A stretch of 61,727 bases of DNA, counting the filler, from an uncultured virus (IMG/VR IMGVR_UViG_2061766007_002345) (taxonomy: Duplodnaviria; Heunggongvirae; Uroviricota; Caudoviricetes). It is 7 parts of one record of this genome, joined end to end, with 100 filler letters (N's around TTAATTAATTAA, not from the genome) between each part and the next. Parts side by side here need not be neighbours in the genome. Positions count along the whole stretch, not along the records: positions 42,261 to 49,060 come from IMGVR_UViG_2061766007_002345; positions 49,161 to 61,727 come from IMGVR_UViG_2061766007_002345; 5 more parts are not named here. The stretch is one strand, 5' to 3'. Positions 47,077 through 56,917 of the stretch are shown one piece after another. A model generated the notes under the pieces. The model saw only the letters and a program-made list of their open reading frames with translations, had not been told where the DNA came from and made no database searches. Made by a program: the position numbers and the translations under genes. Every line of letters begins with the position of its first letter. Positions within the stretch are counted from its first letter, which is position 1.

Positions 47077-47997
47077 TTATTCANNNNNNNNNNNNNNNNN
47101 TTGAGCATCACGCTCATATATCTCATCAAATTGTGTTCCATTACCAATTAAATATGGTGAATTAGGATCATGTTTTGCATAATTCTTTTCACAAGCATCA
47201 AAATCAGATGATGCATAACAATACTTACATTTATTAAGACAAGTATTATATTCACCAATATTTACTACCGGATAACAAAATCCACAACCTAATGTACCAT
47301 TTGATTTTAAATCCTTAACATTTAAATCAAGTACATTCTTTAATAATTCTTTTGTTAAACAACCAGATTTACCTACACCAAGAAATTCATAATTAGTATG
47401 ACAATTACATGTCTGAATAGGCATATTACAATTCTTTGCAATTCTTCCAAGAGTTTCAGCAACTGCATATTTTTTAGATTCAGTCCAAGGTTCTATTTCT
47501 GGCATGTGTCTCTTTACCTTTTCATAAAGATTTACATATGAATAAATACATCTGTTAACATAAGGAGCAAGTTTATATGACATTACCATAAACATATTAT
47601 GATGATATGCTAATGTATACTTATCCGTTAATAATACAGGGTCATATCTCCAAAATACTTTTTCTTTTCCTACTATAGAAGATAACTCTATTAATGTATT
47701 CATTGATTCATTAATATTAGGTACTCCTGGTTCAATATCTTTATCATATGCAGTTATAGTATATTGATACATACAAGGATATTCTTTATCAATTTTTTTA
47801 ATAAATTCTAATCCTGGTTTATAATTTTTAGATGTAAAAATAATTGCATCAATATGTTCATGATCTAAAATTATTTTTTGGACTTTTGTAGGATATGCTG
47901 GATTACGGACATATAAAAATCCTTCATTAAATCGGTTTTCTAACCATTGAGAATAATATTGGACAATATCGGTCCTAGAATCAATCATTAATATCAT
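47077..47997 (-). CDS. DUF1848 family (radical-SAM-like) protein
   Basis: SRTDIVQYYSQW, VRNP, WRYDP, IGEYNTCLNKCKYCYA. Confidence 0.85.
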   Translation of the reverse strand: MILMIDSRTDIVQYYSQWLENRFNEGFLYVRNPAYPTKVQKIILDHEHIDAIIFTSKNYKPGLEFIKKIDKEYPCMYQYTITAYDKDIEPGVPNINESMNTLIELSSIVGKEKVFWRYDPVLLTDKYTLAYHHNMFMVMSYKLAPYVNRCIYSYVNLYEKVKRHMPEIEPWTESKKYAVAETLGRIAKNCNMPIQTCNCHTNYEFLGVGKSGCLTKELLKNVLDLNVKDLKSNGTLGCGFCYPVVNIGEYNTCLNKCKYCYASSDFDACEKNYAKHDPNSPYLIGNGTQFDEIYERDAQXXXXXXE

Positions 47998-48058
47998 TTT
48001 ATCTTAATGAGATATATATAATTTAATATAGGATAAACATGATATTTTATTTTTATAT

Positions 48059-48476
48059 ATGAAAGATTTAAACAGATATATATTTGAGAAACTTAAAATA
48101 AGTAAAGATGCTGTAAACTNNNNNNNNNNNNNNNNNNNNNNNNNNNNNNNNNNNNNNNNNNNNNNNNNNNNNNNNNNTCAACAAATGGTTTAAACAAGTT
48201 GATATAAATAATGAATCTGAATATCGTGTTATTTCTCCAAAACCAATTCCATCAGGATTAGCTTGGAAATTTATAGCTGCAATCAACAGGCATGAAAAAG
48301 ATAAATGGGGTTGGGAATATGACCATAATTATAGAACAGACAGATTTATTCCATCAAACAAAGATAGTATATATTATAAACATGTAGCTGATTATATAGT
48401 TAGTTTATTTGCTGATGATAAAAAATTATATGTTTATACAAATACATTTGAATTTACAATATTAAAGAAAGAATAA
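48059..48476 (+). CDS. Leader-family hypothetical protein (MKDLNRYIFEKLKISKD)
   Basis: Manual translation across gap; missed by ORF track. Confidence 0.75.
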
Positions 48477-48494
48477 AACAGTTACTGAAAAATT

Positions 48495-49060
48495 ATGATA
48501 AATCTTAATACATATNNNNNNNNNNNNNNNNNNNNNNNNNNNNATAAAGAGAGTAATTTATCCAAATATAATATTGGAGATCACTGTCTTATTTTTTCAT
48601 TTTATAATTGGGAATCAAATAATTTACAACCAAATAAGAATGAAGTAACAATAGGTATTGATGTTATTAAACTTAGGAAGATAACAGATGAACAAATACA
48701 TTATGATTATTTAACTACTTTTTGTCATACTAATGAAAATACTGCTATAATGAACCTTGATGGTAAAATTAGAAAACATTCTCGTTATTATTGTTCTAAT
48801 ATATCAAATATTATAATTGAAGCAATAATTCCTGCTAATGAATCATTTGGTATTATTAAAGAAATTGAAAAAAAGAAATATTTTAATTTATTTGATAAAA
48901 TCGGATATTGTCCGGAAGAACTTAAATCATTTGAAAATATTGATGTACCTATTAAATTAAGAAAAAATAAAATACAAAAAGAAATCACTCAACAGGATAT
49001 AAATGAAATAAAAAATAAATTAAATAATCCTACAAAGATAACCGAGAAGCTTCAGATTAA
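48495..49060 (+). CDS. Leader-family hypothetical protein (MINLNTY...KES), partial
   Basis: ORF track; truncated at contig linker. Confidence 0.65.
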
Positions 49061-49455
49061 NNNNNNNNNNNNNNNNNNNNNNNNNNNNNNNNNNNNNNNN
49101 NNNNTTAATTAATTAANNNNNNNNNNNNNNNNNNNNNNNNNNNNNNNNNNNNNNNNNNNNTCTAATGGTAGATGCCCTTTATCCTTTGGTATCCAATTAG
49201 GATTATCTCCTGCTTTATATAAATATTCATTATACCATTGTTCATCTTTTAAATCAGCAAGAGATTCATCTATATATTTTAAAAGCTCTTCTTTATCCAT
49301 GAATCTTTTTATTTAGTTTATCAATTTCTTTTCTTAAAATTGAATTCTTTTTAGCTTCTTCACAATCTCTACAATCATCACAACCATTGCCTACACAACC
49401 CTCACAATTTTTATGAATTGCATCATATAATTGTGATATACATTCTTCATAATAA

Positions 49456-50188
49456 TTAATCATAATTTAAAGTTTCTGGATAACCATATTGTGGAGCTAC
49501 TTGCATTAAACAAAGTTTGAATGCATTCTTAACATGACGGTCATCAATTATCTTTTTAATCTTAGGAGAAGGAAGAATACCATTTCTAATATACTGATCA
49601 AGCTCAGCATATGTAAATCCAAGATTTTCTTCATCTGATTTTCCACAAAGTCCATCAATAGGAGTCTTATCAACAAGTTCCGCGGGTAAACCAAGATAAT
49701 GTCCGATCTCTTTTACTTCAGTAACTGTATAATTACTAAGAGGAGAAAAATCGCCAACACTATCACCATATCTAGTTGAATAACCTACCCAATCTTCAGA
49801 AAGATTACATGTATTGCATACTCTACCATTTACAGACTGAGAAACAGCATAAAGAGTACTCATTCTAAGTCTTGGTGGAAGATTTTCTTCAGTCTGTCTT
49901 GAAACATTTAATCCGTCATGGAAATTCATATATTTCAAAATAGAATCATATGCCTCTTGAATATTAATTGTATAATATTTAATATCAAGGAAATTTACCA
50001 CCTTATGAGAATCATTAATATCTGCCTGTTCACCATTAGGCATAAGTACACCAATAACTCTATCCTTACCAAGAGCTTTAANNNNNNNNNNNNNNNNNNN
50101 NNNNNNNNNNNNNTTTACCATTTTTTTCAAACCAATTCTGAATCCACTTAATAATTCCTTCAGTTGCTTTTTCTACATTAAATTTCAT
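49456..50188 (-). CDS. nadE: NH3-dependent NAD+ synthetase
   Basis: IGVLMPNG, ENLPPRLRMSTLY, NLSEDWVGYSTRYGD, KTPIDGL..SDEENLGFTY; start MKFNVEK at 50188. Confidence 0.92.
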
Positions 50189-50195
50189 ATCTTAA

Positions 50196-50555
50196 TTAAT
50201 TTTTTTGATTATCCCACATAAAATAGTAATCACTTGATTTTGCAATCATACTACCATTTATAAATTTATTGCATAAATCCATTACTTTAACTTTAATTGC
50301 TTCGATTACATATGAATCCATCATTTCATATTCAAACATATTTTTTAAATCCTCTATCTCTTTATTGAATTGATAGACATCTTTAAAAGTAAATATTTTG
50401 CAATGATAAGGATCTTCATAATAACAATCCATTATATAATCTATATAATCAACCTCAGCATCATATATTCTTTGAAATTCTGGACTATATCTTATTTCAA
50501 TTACTCCACTATCATACGGTATTATTGAAGGTTCTAAATTAATATTCATTTTCAA
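50196..50555 (-). CDS. Hypothetical protein
   Basis: ORF track. Confidence 0.55.
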   Translation of the reverse strand: MKMNINLEPSIIPYDSGVIEIRYSPEFQRIYDAEVDYIDYIMDCYYEDPYHCKIFTFKDVYQFNKEIEDLKNMFEYEMMDSYVIEAIKVKVMDLCNKFINGSMIAKSSDYYFMWDNQKN

Positions 50556-50978
50556 GCCCTAATTTTTTTATAGAATCCATTAATTTTTTGCTAAATTCAT
50601 TATAGCAATATTTAGTAATTAAAGGATATTTCTTACTAAAAGTATCATGATTAAGTAATCTTNNNNNNNNNNNNNNNNNNNNNNNNNNNNNNNATTCCCA
50701 ATCTATAATTGCTCCGTCATAATCAAACATATTTAAATATTTTTCAATGATATCAGGGCAATAGTCAAGTTCATATTCATAAGCAAATAATTTATTCTCT
50801 AACCATTCAGGATGATGCCTATGATATGTTCTATGTAATTTTTGTACTTTAGGATAAGGTAAAAATATCCTTAACCAAGGTTTTTCACAATCATGAAACA
50901 GATATCTGAATTTCCATGATTTACAATTTAATGCAGTCATATTAAATGCACATACATGTGCAAACCAATAAGGGAAAC
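50539..50978 (-). CDS. HD-like His-rich protein (DUF5662-like)
   Basis: FHDCEK, HRTYHRHHPE, IDWE motifs. Confidence 0.5.
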
Positions 50979-51585
50979 NNNNNNNNNNACATATTACTTT
51001 ATTTTATATATATTTGATAAATAACAATTCAATGCATCAGGTGCAATCTTTTTAGAACGACTTATTTCTTTTCCATTTTTATATGATTGATAATTAATTA
51101 AAATATAGTCATTAGTACATTCTAAAACAATACCGCAATGCAATTTANNNNNNNNNNNNNNNNNNNNNNNNNNNNNNNNNNNNNNNNNNNNNNNNNNNNN
51201 NNNNNNNNNNNNNNNNNNNNNNNNNNNNNNNNNNNNNNNNNNNNNNNNNNNNNNNNNNNNNNNNNNNNNNNNNNNNNNNNNNNNNNNNNNNNNNNNNNNN
51301 NNNNNNNNNNNNNNNNNNNNNNNNNNNNNNNNNNNNNNNNNNNNNNNNNNNNNNNNNNNNNNNNNNNNNNNNNNNNNNNNNNNNNNNNNNNNNNNNNNNN
51401 NNNNNNNNNNNNNNNNNNNNNNNNNNNNNNNNNNNNNNNNNNNNNNNNNNNNNNNNNNNNNNNNNNNNNNNNNNNNNNNNNNNNNNNNNNNNNNNNNNNN
51501 NNNNNNNNNNNNNNNNNNNNNNNNNNNNNNNNNNNNNNNNNNNNNNNNNNNNNNNNNNNNNNNNNNNNNNNNNNNNNNNNNNNNN

Positions 51586-51823
51586 TTGGGCAAGAAGTCC
51601 AAAGAATAAGTTTCATTCCATAATTCTTAGCGCGCTTAAGTAAATTAATAACATCCCAATGTACCGCTTCTTTTATATTGGCATAATTACCTTTATACTT
51701 ATCATAATCCCATATAGTATTATCAAAATCAAAAGCTATATAGAGACAACCATATTTTAGGTAATCTCTATATAGTCTTTCAATTGCTCCTTCATCAAAA
51801 TATGGATGTTTAAAATTTGTCAT
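51586..51823 (-). CDS. HAD-superfamily phosphatase (partial)
   Basis: IAFDFDNTI motif I and LILWTS motif II. Confidence 0.7.
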
Positions 51824-52050
51824 TTACATTAAATCATTTAATTCAGACTGATAAATCCAACTAACTACTCTATCAAACGGAATACTTCCACAATAATCCC
51901 TTTCAGTATCCCAAACCTCATCATTTCTTTCATCATATTTACAAAGTCTAAATTCATAATATGGAATGTCATTCATTCCAATATATTTAACTTTTGCAAT
52001 AAGTGCAGCACCATCTTGAGGTCTAATATTTTTCCAACCAATACCCATAA

Positions 52051-53601
52051 TTAAAATTCATAATTGTTAAGTCTTGTTCTAATAGTTTCAAGAGACTCAT
52101 CAACAAGAAGTTTACCGTCTCTAAATACAGGACGAAGTTTCTGAAGGTATGAATGAGAAGCAGTAAGCCAATCATGTCCATCAGTATAGTTATATTCACC
52201 ATCCTGATCTTCATAAACAATGCAGCATCCCTTCTGACTCTTCTTAAAACCAGCACCGGTATCACGGTCGGTCTTAGGATCCTTATAAACATTCATTGGA
52301 ATAACATTTCCATCTTTATCTGTGAACTCTGCATAAACAGCTTTAATAGCCATAGAGAATGTATCACGAGTGAAAGGCTTCAGTTGTCCATCTTCCTCAA
52401 TACAGTGCATACTGAAACTGCCTACACCAAGAGAAACATTATTTGCAGCAAAGCCGTTTTCCTCAAGAATAGAGAAAATCCGCCATGCACGTTCTACAGT
52501 AATAGAATCTCCATAAAGGGCTTTAACATGAGGATCAAGGACCTTATAACCCTTAGTATTAACAGTGCCACCAAAGATATCCCAAAGTTTAAATACAGTC
52601 TTCGTAACCACATCTACACAGTCGCCGGAATCACCACGGATAAGCATACATCCATTATGTGCAAGAATTTCATTCTTCAAAGTAGGAAGAATATTCTCTA
52701 CAACATTCCAATAATCGTAGCTGTCAGATACACAGCTAAAGGAAGTATTAGGATAAAGTTCAGTAAGGAGCTTCTTAATGAATACTCTTTCACGATGAGG
52801 ATCAATATCCTTATATTCATATACATCATCAGGATAAAGAACAGTATCAAGTGCAGAATTAGAACACATTACAAAATGTTCTGTAGAAACTGCACCGAAT
52901 CCAACTTCTTCCTTTTCACAGTTGCAATTATACATCTTTTCCATCCAAGGAATTGCAGGAACAGTTGCAGTATTAACAAATGAAAGAAGCCAACCACCGG
53001 CAGCTTTGAGACTTGCATCAACTCCCATATCACCACGGAAGTCAAAATTACCGAGAGCACGACGCTTAGGAACTGTATTATCAACAGTCTTATTATACCA
53101 CTCATTGACAATCTTACGATAAGTATGCCCAACAGTAGCAGTAATCATAGGGTACCACATCTCAGCAGAAATAAGGCTTTCAAGCGCCTGACCAAGCCAT
53201 GCAAAATCAGGATGAGTATTAGTAACTCCAAAAATAGGTACATGCATAGGAACTTCAAATCCTTCGGGAAGGGCAACAATTTCAATAGGAAGATATCCAA
53301 GGCGGTGAAGTTCAACAATACGGTCAAGTCCATAATTTTCCTTAACCATAGTATTTTCACAAATCCTACGATATTCATTTATAACATCTTCTTCCGGACG
53401 TTCAAAGAAAGTCTTATTAAAATTATCAATCAGCCATTCCTTAATGAAAGCCTGAAGGCCAAAATTGACCACTGTAGGCCACATATCAATTCTACTCTTA
53501 CGAGGAGTAAAATAAGAAACGGATTTAGTCATATTAGAAGGAATCATAGATAGATGAACCATCTTATAAAAATCCTTCAAAAGCATTGCATTAATTTCCA
53601 T
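52051..53601 (-). CDS. nadV: Nicotinamide/nicotinate phosphoribosyltransferase family protein (Nampt/Namat-like)
   Basis: DFYKMVH, DFRG, STEHFVM, VSDSYD, IRGDSGD, YGDSIT, TRDT, KDPKTD, KKSQKG. Confidence 0.9.
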   Translation of the reverse strand: MEINAMLLKDFYKMVHLSMIPSNMTKSVSYFTPRKSRIDMWPTVVNFGLQAFIKEWLIDNFNKTFFERPEEDVINEYRRICENTMVKENYGLDRIVELHRLGYLPIEIVALPEGFEVPMHVPIFGVTNTHPDFAWLGQALESLISAEMWYPMITATVGHTYRKIVNEWYNKTVDNTVPKRRALGNFDFRGDMGVDASLKAAGGWLLSFVNTATVPAIPWMEKMYNCNCEKEEVGFGAVSTEHFVMCSNSALDTVLYPDDVYEYKDIDPHRERVFIKKLLTELYPNTSFSCVSDSYDYWNVVENILPTLKNEILAHNGCMLIRGDSGDCVDVVTKTVFKLWDIFGGTVNTKGYKVLDPHVKALYGDSITVERAWRIFSILEENGFAANNVSLGVGSFSMHCIEEDGQLKPFTRDTFSMAIKAVYAEFTDKDGNVIPMNVYKDPKTDRDTGAGFKKSQKGCCIVYEDQDGEYNYTDGHDWLTASHSYLQKLRPVFRDGKLLVDESLETIRTRLNNYEF

Positions 53602-54087
53602 ATTTTTTTATTAGTTAAAATTCACAATATAATATAGTATTATTAATTCTTAATTCAAATTTTAGCAGGAAAANNNNNNNNNNNNATACCCATTTCTGTT
53701 TTTCTTCAAATGTAATTTCCTTTTCTGATAAAATTTCAAATATTTCTAACATTGAATCTTTTGAAGGACAATTTAAAAATATTGGTCTAACATTATGAAT
53801 AACTTTACAAAATACACGATTAANNNNNNNNNNNNNNNNNNTATATTTCACCTTCATCCCAATATGATTCAGATTCAATACATTTGACAACCATTAATTT
53901 TTCATTAGGTTCATTCATAATTATCCAATTACAATTTCATAAGGAAGTCCTCCAGGTTTGGTATAATAACCGTGATTGGCTATACTGATAATATCCATTG
54001 GTATTCCATTTACTGGAATGACAATTTCACAGTCATCATCTTTATCATCAAAATAATTATTGATGAGATCCTTAAATTCTTTTACTT

Positions 54088-54955
54088 TCATATAGCTTTT
54101 CTAAATTTCATTACATTAACAAAATCATTACTTTCAAGATTATAAATAGAATCTGTAGTATAAAGAGTTTTTACAATTCCATCCTGTAAAGCTGCCTTAA
54201 AAGTACCTTTCTCTTCATTCCAAAGAGATNNNNNNNNNNNNNNTATAAGGCTTAAACTCATAAAGTTTAAGGGCAGAATAATACATTGTGCCGCCAAAAG
54301 AAATAATATCATCAATCATAAGAATGCACACATCTTCAAATGACTGTTCAATCTTATTACCATCCTTATCTACAATTGTAAGTCCAGTAATTTTACCTGT
54401 TTTCCAGTCACGAACTTTCTGCCCATAAATTTTCTCATAAGGCTTTAGACATTCAATATCTTTATACCTCTTATATGCACCAGCATCAGGAAAATAAATC
54501 ATAAGTTCCTCAGCACCTTCAATATGATTATTATCCTTAATAGTCTGAATTGCCCTTGCAATATAATCATCCGGATTAATTACTATAACATTATTAAGTA
54601 ATGCAACAGATACATCAGAATGAGGATCAAGAACGCTGATACAATCAAAATTAAGACTATTTATAATATTAGCAAAATATTTAAGAGTAAATACTTCACT
54701 TTCATTTTTAGTCCTATCCATTCTTGCATTTGGAATATAAGGCATAAAAAGATAAATTGGATATTTAGGAGCCTTATTCCTAATATAATTTACAAGATAA
54801 ATAAGAGTAACAAGCTCTTCATCAGATTCATAATTCCAAATAATAGATACATAACTTGGATTAATTGCAATTTTATTAAAATCAATATCCATCAAGCATT
54901 GAGTACCATCAGGAAAATGCTTTACTTCAATTTTATAATCACCAACTTTAATCAT
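54088..54955 (-). CDS. prs: Ribose-phosphate pyrophosphokinase-like protein (Adps-like)
   Basis: FPDG, MPYIPNARMDR, LDPHS, FPDAGA, KVRDWKTG, IDDIISFGGT. Confidence 0.88.
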
Positions 54956-55140
54956 ATNNNNNNNNNNAAACCCAGACCATTCATAAAATGAACACGTTTC
55001 ATGATTATCATCTAAACAGATAATAAAAACAATATCATTCATTTGAGCTTCATTAAAATGATATGTTTTTCCAACACTGAATTTTCCAATAGAAGGAATT
55101 GTATGACATGTTCCTTCAAATTCATTAATATAAAGCATAA

Positions 55141-55909
55141 TTAATATATTCCAGTCATTCTAAAAATTTCGCTATCTTCATTTTCATCTTCCAATGGCTC
55201 TCCTGTAAGATCCATTAAATATCCATCAGTAGTAGCGCTGTCTTCATCTTCACGATATTCTTCAGCTTCTTCTTGAAGATATCTATTATAAGCACTTCTC
55301 ATAGTTATTGTTTGTTTTTATCAAGTTGTTTCATATCATGAAGTACATCTTCAAGATATTTTCTATCTTCCACTTTACATTCACGACGAATCCTGAATTG
55401 CATTTTATCTTTATCATAATCAGCAAATACAAGTTCATCATTGAATATAGCAACGCCCAGGACGCATATATCCCTTACACAAATAGGATATGTATCCCAA
55501 TATATAACATCTTTAACTCTATGACCATGTTCTTTTACATAGTCATAGAGCTCATTAAGACGTTTTTCTTTCCACTGGTCTTTTGTTAACCCCATATATT
55601 AAATACCGTATGTCTCTTTAAGATATCTAAGTTCTTCCTTGGCTGCACCTCTGCTCATATAAGCAAAATCAGTAAAATCTTCATGATCACGATGCTTCTT
55701 TACTGCATGCTGCTTTTTACGATTTTCAGAATTTTCAACTTCACTGTTCAACTTAAACTTTGCCATTTTTTGTCTTTTTTTAATTAAAATCTAGAACCAT
55801 ACTTAATGGATGCTTTTGAATTAGAAGTAGCAATCCTTGACTTCTGTGCGACCATTTTCTGCTTAGCAGTAGGTCCGTAATCTCTGTAACGAGGTCTTGT
55901 ATCGTGCAT
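55141..55909 (-). CDS. Four very small ORFs (55784-55909, 55599-55766, 55305-55595, about 55141-55302)
   Basis: Manual translation; packed directly behind promoter at 55934. Confidence 0.55.
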
Positions 55910-55933
55910 AATATTTAACTTAATTGCACTAAT

Positions 55934-55971
55934 AATATAGAACAAAAAAGAGGAAATTCAAAAATTTCCTC
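55934..55971 (-). promoter_or_regulatory. Fused terminator/promoter (TTGAAT-N15-CTATATT)
   Basis: Hairpin GAGGAAATT/AATTTCCTC overlapping -35. Confidence 0.65.
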
Positions 55972-55977
55972 CTTAAA

Positions 55978-56516
55978 TTAAATAACATTTACCTGGCACA
56001 TTCGCATAGTAGTAAGAGCCGCTTCATGAGATTCTGGAGTAACACCTGCACAGCAAGAACTGTCTACAGTAATATTTGCAGTCTCATAGAAATTAGCNNN
56101 NNNNNNNNNNNNNNNAACTACACAAATATCAGTACAGAAACCGATAAATTCAAGTTCAATCTCATTCTCCCTAAGATTAATCATAATAGACTTAATCTTC
56201 TCAACAAGATCAGTAGAACCGAATGTAGGCTTATTAATATAAGAAATAATACATGTATCTTCACCAAGTTCTTTAGCGTGAAGGGCCTTTGCTACATCAG
56301 CATTAATAAACCATCCATCAGTACCATTAACACAATGTACTACAGGAAGATGCTTACCTTCATTAGATTCAAGATAATTAGGAAAATGGGTATCTCTAGT
56401 TACAAAAATGTAATTACCATCAAATTCCTCAATTTTCTTTACAATATTAGGAATCTTCTTAATAGCTTCTTCATTTCGGAGACTTCCGTCCACGAAATCA
56501 TTCTGTACATCAACTA
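55978..56516 (-). CDS. pncA: Nicotinamidase / isochorismatase-family cysteine hydrolase (start in gap)
   Basis: VDVQNDFVDGSL, TRDTH, LPVVHC..GTDGW, KPTFGS, GFCTDICV. Confidence 0.88.
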
Positions 56517-56917
56517 NNNNNNNNNNNNNNNNNNNNNNNNNNNNNNNNNNNNNNNNNNNNNNNNNNNNNNNNNNNNNNNNNNNNNNNNNNNNNNNNNNNN
56601 NNNNNNNNNNNNNNNNNNNNNNNNNNNNNNNNNNNNNNNNNNNNNNNNNNNNNNNNNNNNNNNNNNNNNNNNNNNNNNNNNNNNNNNNNNNNNNNNNNNN
56701 NNNNNNNNNNNNNNNNNNNNNNNNNNNNNNNNNNNNNNNNNNNNNNNNNNNNNNNNNNNNNNNNNNNNNNNNNNNNNNNNNNNNNNNNNNNNNNNNNNNN
56801 NNNNNNNNNNNNNNNNNNNNNNNNNNNNNNNNNNNNNNNNNNNNNNNNNACTTTTATACATGCTTTGCGGCAATGTTACAATTTCAAACCGTTTATTTGT
56901 TTTTATTAACTTATCCA

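Noticed and set aside
16836..49116. Repeated TTAATTAATTAA between N runs as a biological repeat or CRISPR
   Set aside because: Six-frame-stop scaffold linker; gene adjacency across these points is not reliable.
52153..53553. Long plus-strand ORFs antisense to the Nampt-like gene (similar ones opposite TROVE, dnaK, pncA)
   Set aside because: Shadow ORFs from codon bias; no motifs or plausible composition.
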